Assembly (NCBI RefSeq): GCF_001194135.2
Contig: NC_068996.1
Location: 54,942,130 to 55,006,129 of the forward strand
Direction: 5' to 3'
From: Octopus bimaculoides
Lineage: Eukaryota
DNA: 64,000 nucleotides
Shown: positions 10,424 through 22,796 of the stretch, piece after piece
How positions within the stretch are numbered: position 1 is the first letter of the stretch
Layout of the letters: each line of letters starts with the position of its first letter
The notes under the pieces: generated by a model
Told to the model about the DNA's origin: nothing
What the model saw: only the letters and a program-made list of their open reading frames with translations
The model's database searches: none
Translations under genes and position numbers: made by a program

Positions 10424-12288
10424 TATGTGACTTATTTCCCCTCCACTTAATTATGAGATGAAGTAGAAAATAATATTTCAAGCACCAACATTTACCAAAA
10501 ACAAAAAGCTGTGTATAAGGTTAATGTGAATAATTTAGATAAGGGAGACATTTTTGTGTTACTGAATAAAGAAGCAAAAGGGAATTATTAAGGAGCTACA
10601 TATACAAGAACCCCCCACACACACAATACATCTGTACGTATGTAAATGGGAAGAACACTAGGGAAAAAGTAATAGGCAAAGAAAATAAAAAAGAGAAATA
10701 AGGAATGCAGCTGAAATTATGGGCATATAAGTGAAATAACTTATCAGCATGAGTGAGGTATACTTATACATACAGAGAGAAGTAAACATGCATCCTGGTT
10801 CATACACAAGTTTCATTCAAAGAAGCAAACTGAAAAAGGTTAGAGGAAGCAACAGAAATGTAGAAATGCATACCTTCTGTTTACAAACAACACTTTACAG
10901 ATACTTATACAACATGAATAATTTAAAACAAATTACCAAAGTATATTCATATTTAAAATGTGCAAGAGCTTCTACATAGTGACCTACTTGCAGATAGCAA
11001 CCAAAACTTCAAATCACACTAGTTATTAATAAAGAGAAGACATTAGATAATGCAGTCCTATATGAGCTTAAAATGATGAGCTGGTAATAACTGAACAGGT
11101 TTGCACAATCAGAGCTGTACTTGGGGTAAACATTAAATCATAGCCATATAGAAAATGAAAAGTTCACAAGTTTTAATTTGTAGTTTGATGTTAGTTCAAC
11201 AAGTCAAGAAGCTACTAATATACCAACACTGCATGACAGTGTACACATGGTTTAAATGTGGACTAAGCGTCAGCCGCACAGTTTATCAAAATGATGCTGT
11301 TTTTAGCAAGTTGTAAATGATATTGAAAGAAATGAAATTGAAGTATAACCTTGTCGTTAAGAGCAGCTATAGTTATGATATTAGAGAAATAACCACAAAT
11401 AATACATCCTACAAGAAAATTTGAATAATTCCAGTTTATGAATCAGTGGGAGATAAAGTACTATATACAAGGAAGATTTTAAAAAGGTTTTCCTCTTAGA
11501 ACTATGACCCTTTTCTACAAGATTAGTTATTTAAATAACTCTGATGGAACTTAAGAAACGTCAAACTAAAGTTAATGCAACACTTGCAACAGCAAAACTA
11601 TTTTAAGCACATGAGAACGTTTAAATAATCACTGAGACAACGGCAAGATTCTCAGATTTTGGTATCATAAGGTACTGAGTTTGAGACTAGTAAGTAAAAT
11701 TACGCTCTACTTTAAATGGATAAACGGCTATCTTAAATCTGTCGTAAAAATCAAACAACTTCTGTAGAGACTTATCTTTGTTAAAAACTGGTTACAAGTT
11801 CTCCCTCATCATTAAATATCTGGTACTCCATCAATAACTGTCTTGATACATACCTTCACTACATTTCATTTTTAGGCAAACAACCTTTCTTAAAATAACT
11901 TGTTTATACTGAGAAAATTTACATTCATTTTCAAACCTATGAAGAACATGTCATTAAATTATCATCAAATTTAACAATAATACAAAATGCCATGCAGAAA
12001 AGTAATATAATTGAAAAGAAAGAAAATGTATTGCAAATCAGATTTAGAAGAGAAAAATCTTTTAAAGACAAAACTTAAGCCTATAACAGTTATGGGCCTT
12101 ATGAGATAAGAAAAATGACCAAGTAAATTGTACAACAAAATTAAGGTAAACATGATTTTATTTTTTTTTTTTTATATATATATATATATAAAACAAGCTT
12201 CAATTCAAAATTAAAGTTCTTAAAAAATAATTACCATGATACAGTTACATATTTGATATTTTCCCCTTGGTTCCTGCCAGAAATCAAA

Positions 12289-12386
12289 TTACACGCCAAA
12301 GAGGAGATTTTGAGATCTTTTCTGACATATATTGAGAAAACAAACACCTCTATGTCTTACACATGCAATTAGAAGGCAGTTTGGTA
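12289..12386 (-). CDS. Candidate terminal exon 2 of ubinuclein, possibly followed by a long 3' UTR
   Basis: Strong ttttttctgtttccag acceptor. Phase 1 gives IPNCLLIAC...LFGV-stop; phase 2 gives TKLPSNCMCKT-stop. About 1.9 kb with no recognisable repeat follows downstream on the minus strand. Confidence 0.35.
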
Positions 12387-13624
12387 CTGGAAACAGAAAA
12401 AAAATCCCATGCAAAATAAGACATATTCTTCATTTCTATAAATTGTATTCTGATATAGTTGTTATTAAAAAGACCCAAAGAAAGAAACTAGAAAAATAAA
12501 AATAAAGTCTGTAGGGGTATACAAGCAGATATTAGGCAAGGAAATATATTTTAATGATATAGAAGGCACAGAATGATCTAACCTCTAATTGAAAAAAAAA
12601 AAATATAAGCAAAATTTAACATGGAAAGAATATTTTGGGATTCTTTAAATATGTATAGGAAAGAAAAAAAAGAATAAAGCCTTTTATTTATTCATTTATT
12701 TTATTATTTTAACAAATCCTTTATTTATACTTTTATTTATTTGTTAACAACGAAATAAGAATAACGAAATTTTTAAAAAATGACAATATTTCAAAAGATC
12801 TGAGAAATTAAATCTACCTAAATTACATTTTGAAAATATCTCAAGTTGAAATCTAGATAATTTAGAATTGTATATTATTATTATTATTATTATATACTTA
12901 AATATCTAAAATTGTACGTATTCCTCTACCATGTTTATTGTATTTCTCATACAGCAATTTATTACTAAGTTAGTATGCATTCATTAGACCACACAACCTA
13001 AACTCGTTTTATTGCATTGATCACCTTACTCTATTTTTAATAGTGTGATCCATTGTATTTTTTGCTTCTTTTTACTTATGCACAAAAATGAAGATTTTTA
13101 GTTCAAACACTAAATGGTATAGAAATCATTATTCCCAAACATGAATCATCTGTTTGCAAACCTGAAAATAAACACATACTACAGGAGGGAGAGAGAGAGA
13201 GAGAGAGATTATAAAATATGTCAGGGATGTACCTCCTAAAACTGGCTCCCAAATTTTTTCAGGATGCTGCCCCCTTGATGCCTAGGCCACATTCCTAGCC
13301 CCCCCCCCCCCAACAAACAGTAAATTCACAACAACTATATTTCACAAAACTTAACCTAATTAACCCATTATTTTGGTTTACATCCTTTTGGCCACCCCAT
13401 TATCAACCCATTTTTCTTCAATGCTCCTTGGATCTTTCCAGCACTACCAAGGGGACAGTACCACACACTTTGGGAACCACTGCTCACAAAAGATCCTGTC
13501 CTAACCCCATATTACAATCTAAATTACTATTATTGCAGCTTTCTTTGCTCAAATAAAATGGAATTAAATAAGTAACAGAACACCAATTCTTTAATGATTG
13601 CCATATACCAATATAAAGTCAACA

Positions 13625-14015
13625 GTAGGTGTAGGAGTGGCTGTGTGGTAAGTAGCTTGCTTACCAACCACATGGTTCCGAGTTCAGTCCCACTGCGTGG
13701 CACCTTGGGTAAGTGTCTTCTACTATAGCCTTGGGTCAACCAAAGCCTTGTGAGTGGATTTGGTAGATGGAAACTGAAAGAAGCCCATCATGTGTGTGTG
13801 TGTGTGTGTATGTTTGTGTGTCTGTGTTTGTCCCCCCAACATTGCTTGACAACCGATGCTGATGTGTTTACATCCCCATAACTTAGTGGTTCAGCAAAAG
13901 GGAACGACAGAATAAGTACTAGGCTTACAAAGAATAAGTCCTGGGGTTGATTTGCTCGACTAAAGACAGTGCTCCAGCATGGCCACAGTCAAATGACTGA
14001 AACAAGTAAAAGGAA
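13625..14015 (+). mobile_element. Full-length tRNA-derived SINE (family 1)
   Basis: Head gagtggctgtgtggtaag..ggttccgagttcagtccc (A/B-box like), conserved core ggcaccttggg..gtagatggaaactgaaagaagccc, central (TG)n, tail gactgaaacaagtaaaag. Confidence 0.92.
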
Positions 14016-14180
14016 AAAAAGAATTATACGCAGCTGTCTGTAAAATGATCGCCAAATTAAGATGCTTAAGCTAACCATTTCACTATTATAACTTGGTGTA
14101 CTCCAAGCTATTATCCCCATCTATTGTGTTTCTATCTACACTTGATTGGCTTATTTTCCAACCATCTTCAAGTACCCTGA

Positions 14181-14325
<145 letters not shown>

Positions 14326-14998
14326 ATACATACATACCCTACACGTGAATTTACACTTAATACCTTTATTTTTAACACAGAGTCCAGTGCATTAATTCAC
14401 TATATTATCTAATAGAAGAAAATATAATTTTACCCATTAAAAGTTTTTCCAAATCCAAAAGTCAATGTATATTCCAAATAGTTGGTAAAAAGTGCTCAAA
14501 CAGAACTTATTTGATTTTATTTGCAAATCTACATTTTTAAAGTTATCAGAAAAAGATAAAAGGAAAAAAAAAAGGGAAAAATCAATTAGACAGAAATTTT
14601 ACATGTAAATATGCCTTATACTTGGATAGACCTTTCCAAATAATTCGACAATTACATGTACATAAATCTGCATATATGCTTATGAACATGTCTTAATGAG
14701 CATGTGAGTACATTAAAATATGTACACACACACACACATAAACTGATGCCTATATACATATAAACCTGTATTTTTTGTGAACATACAAGAAAAATAAATA
14801 AAAAAAAAACAATTTGAATATGGCCGGAAAAGTCAAAATAATACGGGAGCTGAGAGACACTTAGGTCTACACGTAAAGTCACCAACCAAAACAGTACTCA
14901 AGGAAAAGATTTGTTTAATGCTGCACCGTGAGAAAAAGACACAAGGTGTTGGTGGGTACAGTGAAATAAAGTTAGAGATCTACTCGATGATTCCCAGC

Positions 14999-15033
14999 TT
15001 ATTGTTGCACATATGGGGAAGGTGAACAATCTG
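14999..15033 (-). CDS. Candidate terminal coding exon 1 of ubinuclein: (T)DCSPSPYVQQ-stop
   Basis: Pyrimidine-rich ttttcttcatatag(cag) acceptor, phase-compatible with exon L; no homology support. Confidence 0.35.
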
Positions 15034-15424
15034 CTATATGAAGAAAAACTAAAAAGGGGAAATGTGTAAATTTATCTTGACACAAGATTTAGAAAGTGAA
15101 CAGTAATGGTAGTCAGCAACAGTGATATTGTAAATAATGAACAATGTGATGGCAGTGACTATGCTGATGAATAATCTGATCTGATAGTCATTTAAGTACT
15201 AACAGAAAAAAAACAAAAACATATAAGACAAAATGTAAAGTTGTGTGGAAAGAAATATTTATATATGACAGTTAAAACCTATAAAGGCTTTTATCTGAAT
15301 CATTGATTTTTTGTTTACATGTTTGTATTCTTCGGGATGTGAGGAGAAAGTCAGAGAAAGCAACTCTACAATCATTTGTTTATTAGCAAAAAATCTTTCT
15401 GATAAGACATTTTGATTCACTCAC

Positions 15425-18189
15425 TTTTAGAGTGTCTGATGCTGTCTTGATTAACTTGAGCTGGATGAATACTTCCTGAGTGAGGTTGTAAATTCTCCTG
15501 GTTAAGTCCAGACACAGTCCTTGTAATATTTGCTGCACTAGATACCCGATTACTGGCTACAGATCCATGCTGTACCTGTTGCTGCTTCAGTTGTGGATGT
15601 GAACCACTGCTGAGCTGCTGCTGTAAATAAGATGTAGAGTTAAAGACAGGACTTGAAGTTCTGTTACTAGAAGCTGAAGCAGAAGCTACTGTCGAAGCAG
15701 CTATAGAAGTTGCAGATACTTGAGGATTGCTTCCACTGAGGTTCCACGAAGAACAAGCAGAGGACTTTCCCTGAGATGTGGACACTGATACAGCATTGGC
15801 AGAGGTGGTAGTACATGTTGTAGTACCACTACTTGTATTACAACTGTTACTACTACTCTTAGCTTGAGTCCCCATCACATGCATAGGCAGTATCCCAGTA
15901 CGTTGATGATGCAAGTTCTGCCCCTGCTGGGATCGAGCCACATTTTGTTGATGCTGTGAAACTGACGCAGCTGTGAGTGCAGAGGAAGAAGATTGAGTGG
16001 GGACAGTCCCAGAAGAGCTACTAATATTTGGTGTTGTCGGGAGTTTATACATAGATCCTGGAGAAGAAGCCGAAGTAGGGTGTGTCGCTGTTGAGGCTGT
16101 TAAAATCTTTTCCGTAGAAATGAGACACTGAGATTTAGACTGCTGCAGCTGTTGTTGCTGCTTTAGTGATGAAGATTGAGTTGAATGAGCAGATGTTGAA
16201 TACAACGAGTGAATGTTGTGTGTTCTTTGTGATGATGAACTACTAACAGATTTACTACAAGAACTTGAACTTGTAACAGCATTAGATGATTGGCGTGGTT
16301 GGGAATGTCGAGGGGCAGGGATCACTGAACTTGACTGACACTGGGGAGCAGATTGGTGTTTGCTTGAACACTCTGCTTTGACAAGAGAAGTTGTACTTGT
16401 GTGTGGAGAAATGGCTCTAGACGTTTGTTGTTGTTGCTGCTGCTGCGTCGTTTGAAATTGTAGAGGAGGTGAAAGAATTTTCGAGTGATTTTGTTGCTGA
16501 GAACTTTGACAGTTTGTGGGATTCACAACCTGAGATGAAGATGTTAATTGTTTACTTGACACAAGTGAAGAATATGATTTCTGCTGATGTTGCTGTTGAT
16601 GGCGATTATGGTGTTGCTGGGAAGACTGTTGCTGTTGTTGTTGCTGCTGTCGCCAAGATTTTGAAGCATGGGAGCTCAAATGAGATTTATTTGAATGTGA
16701 GTGACCTATGCTTTGTGACATCCCATGCACCACATTTTGTTGCTGATGAAGTTTTTGATGTTGTTGCTGCTGCTGTTTTTGATGCTGCAATGAGGACTGC
16801 TGCTGCTGCTGTTGTTGTTGTTGTGAATGAGTCTGATGCAGGTTACGCTGTTGTGTGGATGCAGTTTCAATTTTGCCAGCAGGGTGCACAGAGGAAGTTG
16901 AAGTTAAAGAATGGGATAACTGATTTGTAGTCCTATGCTGCTGTTGCTGCTGCTGCTGCTGTTGCACCTGACATCTCTCATCTGCAGCCTTTGAAGCTGC
17001 AGATGAAATTGGTTGCGTTTTCACTTTTTGTGTTGGCGCACCACTCTTAGAAACCAAACATGAAGCAGCATACCGTTGAAACTCAGCCAAGTATGTATTC
17101 TTGCTATCATCTTTGGAGAACTGAGCTGAAGATTTACTATCGGAATTCTGAGATTTCTCAGAGCTACCTGCTGCTAGTGCTGTTGTGTCTTTTTTGCTAC
17201 TTCCTTTAATGCCAGATGCTTTTAATAGCTTACTTGCCATATTGATAGTCAATTTATTCTGTACATTGGGTTGGGAAGAATCTTTAGATTTGACATTAGG
17301 ATATGTAGTATTTAGGGACGAAACCTGTTGAGTTTTAGAGTTTATGTTAGATGTAGTTTGCCCATTGTGCTGCTGGAGTTGGGAATCAACCATTACTGAC
17401 ATAGCATCAACATAGCCATGATAATTCTGAGAATCACTAGTAACAACTCCAGGAGGTGAAGATTGTTGAATAGATTTAGAGTGTACATTTCCTATGTGAG
17501 AAGGAAGTTTCTGTTGTTCCCCGCCAGGTTGTTTGTTGCTTGAAGTATGTCCTTGTGACTGTGATGATGAAGGAGTGCCATGCTGATGATTTTTAATGGA
17601 AAGAGATGTGGTTGGACTGTGTTGAGAATAATTAACCTTCACAGAAGGTATGGTGGGACTTATCTGAGGAGATGTACTCTGATTAGAGAATGGTGAACCA
17701 TAAGTTACACTCACAAGGGAAGATGCAAGTGAAGAACTGGAGATTACTAACGGCGATACTGAAGTAGAGTTTACATTACCAGAAATTTCATGAACTGTTT
17801 TACTAGATTCATTTAGGTTTAATTTTTCTCCTTTCCCAAAGTTCTCTTCTTGTGAAGTCTTATGAAGGGAACTAGACACCACTTGAGATTTCAGAACCAA
17901 ATCAGAAACATTCTCCTCAGATGAAGAAGGGTGATCACTCTCAATATACTCTAATACATTCCACAAACTTTTATCTTCAGATCTGTCAGAAGTTGTAGGT
18001 GAATGATCCATCATTTCATTAGCTAGAGTAGTCAAAATGGGTGTTACATCTGCTTTTGCATTTTGTTGGCAAGCAATCAAACTATCAGTTTGTAACGCTG
18101 GGCTACTGTTGGAATGTGAGCCTGCGGTAGGAGTTCCAGCAGAAATATCCTGAGATCTGAGGTTACACATAGCTTTGGTTGGTTTTATT
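15425..18189 (-). CDS. UBN1: Ubinuclein exon L (2765 nt): S/T/Q/H-rich low-complexity C-terminal region with several polyQ runs
   Basis: Within the 937-aa track ORF 15417-18230; ttcttcag acceptor at 18190-18191 (phase 2); A|gtgagt donor at 15423-15424 (phase 1). Confidence 0.9.
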
Positions 18190-21100
18190 CTGAAGAATAC
18201 AAAATTAGAAATCAGCTGTAATCTAAACATATGTTAGAATTATATTTGTATCTTTTATATAACAGAAGAACCAAAACAAATATTTCCTCCCTTAGGTTTG
18301 CTGAAGCCAAATTGATTATTTTGCAGATCAGAATTATGAATTAAAAACTGGAATGCTATCTATCTTTGAAATCACTAATATCCATATGTCTGATGGTAAA
18401 CTTTAGTTTCCAAAGCATGAAACCCAACACTTTAAACTAATTAAATAATTGATAGTTGCAATGTTAGGCCTCTGCTTGCAACATCCTCTTATGTCTTGGC
18501 TAAAGACAATACCATGTTTGGCTCTCGCACTAATATACTTATAAGCCATGATATAGATTTCTAAGCAAGAGAGAATTATAAGCATTCTAATACAGTGTTT
18601 GACTGAAGAAAACTAAAACAAAATAAATATACAAAGTTTATAATACTTAAAAATAAGGAGTAGAATGAATTAGAAAAAAATTACTCATTCCTACTATGTA
18701 TAATAAAAATGTAACTGCTTAACTTTACCAGTTTATTGCAATCACAGAACTTGTCTACAGACAAATATATTTAAAAAAACAAAAACTCCTGAATAAATGT
18801 ATAGTATTTATGCATTAATTCAAACAATATGTTTAAGAGAACCGACTTGGTCAGTATATTGAGGTAGATTTTATTTTAAATGCAGATATATGCATCAAAT
18901 GGTTATCTTGATTTTAGGCAGGTTTAAAAGAGATACTGAATTAAAAATTTACAAGCATGATCTGTCATTCAATATCTATATTTCATCACCACTAGTTTCA
19001 TACCTAATTTTGATTTAAGTATTCTCTGCAGAATATACAGAGCAGGTTCACATGATACCATTCTTTTTCATAAAGCTTAATTCTTTTTATTTCTTTAAGA
19101 TAAATCAAAATAGTAATAAACTGGCTTTAACTTGATTTTAAAACTTTATGGATAAATTAAATGAAAGCACAAATATTATACTTACTGTGAAGTTGAACCA
19201 TGGGTTCCTTTACTTTTTTTGTATAAAATTCTGAGAAAAATATAAAAATTACATAAACCCAACAATGAAAATGTCAATCATTAACATGTAACATTAAAAA
19301 AACATTTTTTTTTCTGTAAAATATTTATTTTACACACATATTGAAGAATGATAGTTTAGGGTTAACAAGCATTTCAACAAACCTCAGACAAAGAGAAAAA
19401 GATTAAATTAACTTAACTAGATATAAAGTTTAAGAACAATATCTTGGCACAATCCAGCAAAGGTTTTAAATTTTTAAAACCAGTTTGAGCTTTCATTTTC
19501 TAGTTAGTCATATTTATATTAACAGAACTACAAAGTATTTGCAACATATTACTTTAATTGTAAACGAGAAACAGGTCAGTGATTATCCCATATTCTAGTT
19601 TCTCTCTTCCTTCAGTGCTTTCTTTTAAATAGTTTTGTACAGAAGTAATTCACATCATTTGTTTCATAATTCTCTGCTATTAAATCAATAGGTGATTCAT
19701 CAAGATGGTATTCCAACAATAAATTTATCTTCAATAATGTCATACATACTTCAAACACCAGTCACCATCATACTGCATTAGGTGTTAAATAGAATAATTC
19801 TATACCTCATTTTTTCATTCCATTCATAATCTCTTTGTAGTGAAGTTTTCTCAATCTCCTCAAGAGATTTTTCTTCTTCACCGTCTGAAGAATCTTCTTT
19901 CATCTCCTCATCCTCAGGAGTGATACTATAATAGAAATAAATTTTCAAAAAACCGTTTAGTAAGTCTTTTATTTGTTCAGAAGAAAAGTATTTTATGAAA
20001 AAGTATCATCAACAGGACAAAGAATGTAGAAGACAGACAAAAAAACTACTGAAAGAAACTTTCAGACTACTAGCTTACTCATCTATTCTAGTTTTTAATA
20101 ATTACACACGTGCTTTAATTGGAACAGAACTTGCAACTGTATTTGATAGACCAAGCGCCATGTTTGCTAATTGAACTTGCAGTTAGCAATATATATATAT
20201 AATCTCATTTGTAGTTCTTTGTAATTTCCGTTTTCACTGATCCACTCTTCTGGACTTTGTTTTTTGATAAGAAATTTATGGTATTCCATGAGTCATTTTC
20301 TCATTTCATGAATAGGCTAATTAGTGAAATAACTAACTGTAGTAGCTCTTCCGATATTACATTCTCCTTGTGGATACTGACCACAAGTATATTTTAACTT
20401 TTCAGCCAGAGTTACAGTGGACTAAAGTTTTATCTCAATATCACATTAGGCATTGTAGCTATACTGACTGGCATAAGTTTAACCTCTTATTATGAGCATC
20501 TGATAATGACTTCTAGAAAAATAAAAACAATACAAATAGAAACCCAATACTTACAAATCAACATTTTTAATGATATCTGCTTGATATTCACTTTTATATT
20601 TCTCTAACTGATCAGGTACTTCTTCATTCAAAGCTGAAATAACACAAAGAATTAGCATCCTATTTTAAGAAAAATTTTGAAGATTAGATTATAAGTAGAC
20701 TCACCAATAATAAACATCAGTCAATGTAATATTATTTTAGCAGCATGTAAAGAAATTTTACTTATGTATCATTTACAAAATATACAATTTAAAAAAAAAT
20801 CCAACTATAAACATGAAATATCTATTTTTATCTTCTCGTGTATAGATATTAAATTCAACAGAAGAATATTACAAACAAATTAAAACTTTAACCAGCTATT
20901 ACCAAGTTGAACAATGCTATACAGAAAAATGATAAAAGGGGTAATGAGATGTAAAAAAAAACAAAAAAAACTTTTACCAGTCCTCTTAAAAAACTTTGTA
21001 GTGATTTGCAAAATATTTTAGAAAATTTGGAAAAATTGCAACAATCCAGTAATGTCAAAATTCATCTTCATTATGGTCATCATCAAAATCATTAGAACAA

Positions 21101-22765
21101 ATACACTTTGAACAAACTATAAAGGACACTAAGTGGAGATACTTGAATTAAATGTAATGGATTCTGTCAATATAAAGTAATGGTGAGTTGAAAATTTCAC
21201 AAAATTCTTTGATACTTCATTGACAAGTATCATCATCATCATTTAACGTTTGCTTTCCATGCTAGCATGGGTTGGACGATTTGACTGAGGACTGGCAAGC
21301 CAGATGGCTACACCAGGCTCCAATCTGATCTGGCAGAGTTTCTACAGCTGGATGCCCTTCCTAATGCCAACCACTCCGAGTGTGTAGTGGGTGCTTTTAC
21401 GTGCCACCGGCACAAAGGCCAGTCAGGTGGTACTGGCAACGGCCAAGCTTGAAATGGTGTATTTTATGTGCCACCTGCACAGGAGCCAGTCCAGCGGCAC
21501 TGGCAACAACCTTGCTCAAATGCTTTCTAACATGCCACCGGCACAAGTGCCAGTAAGGCAACGCTGGTAACAATCACGCTCGGACGGTGCTGCAGTGTTG
21601 AAATTAAATTAACTAAAAAAAAATTTTTTTTAATATTTTACAAAGGAACCATCTAACACAAGCGTTGCTTATGAAAAACAAGTAAATCAAGTTTCATATC
21701 CTCATGACTCACAGACACACTATAACCCTTTTGCAATACCTTTGGGTTCTGTTATAATTTTGAAAGTGATATTCCTATTTACAACTCAAGTAATACAAGT
21801 CTTATATATAAACGGAGAATTAAAACCCAATCTCCTCCACTACCCATTATATCCATTATTAAATATTTCTATTTTTGGACAAAAATTGACTTCATTTTAA
21901 ACTGTATTATGAACCAACTTCATTTCCCTTTAACTGTTTTCATTGTCATTTCCAACAAGTTTCAATCAAATCCTAAAACAACCATCAATTCAGAATGGTT
22001 TGATATATCAAAATAGCATTTGGATCGGAATACAATATTGCACAAATTTTATCTGAAAACTACTATAACCTGCCTCACTGCTGCTTCCATTGCAATTTGT
22101 GGTGGTGGTAATAATAGGAGTAACAAGAACGGTAGCTGTCATCCTCCACATTGTTTTAACATCTATTTTTCCAGACTTGCATGGGTCAAACAAAAGCATG
22201 TTTAGACAGTTTTTTTTTCTTTTTTTCTATGGTCAAATGCCCTGCCTGAAGCTAACCTCCATTTGTTTCCAAGTGAGGTGATAACAATTCCAGTCTATAG
22301 AACAACCAATAGTCCAGATATGCTTTTTCTTTTTTTTTTTTTTTCAAGGGGAGAACTGGAAACAGACATGTCAAGAGGTCAAGCCCTACCCAGAAGTCAC
22401 TACCATTGTTTACAAACCAGCAAACATGCGCTCATGCAAACTGGGTTCTGGAAGCGCTATGTATTCCATCCACATGTAATCAATAAAATTTTTCACACAC
22501 CCATCCCCAATAAACCAAACTACGTCTCTTTTCATGCACTATGCTTATCTCTCCTTCCCCACTGTACCATTGCAATCCTGTTGTCTCCCCCCCCTCCTTT
22601 ACATACCCAGTTTCACCCGTCGCATTCCTCCACATCTCTCTGTATTCGTGTGAACCCCCTACTCATGCACCCATGGCAATACTCTACCATCCCATTTATA
22701 TTTTCATCCACCATCTCACACCCTTTCTCTCTTTTGCACTTTCACACTCATGCACTCTTGATTAA

Positions 22766-22796
<31 letters not shown>

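Noticed and set aside
13625-13700. tRNA-like sequence
   Set aside because: SINE head with A/B-box-like motifs only; no complete cloverleaf, and it is repeated throughout the window.
16469-16930. 153-aa plus-strand ORF rich in V/A/D
   Set aside because: Antisense shadow of the CAG/CAA-rich ubinuclein exon.
22008-22199. 63-aa minus-strand ORF in the H-I intron as an extra exon
   Set aside because: No ubinuclein similarity, overlaps a decayed repeat tail, and exons H and I already join in phase.
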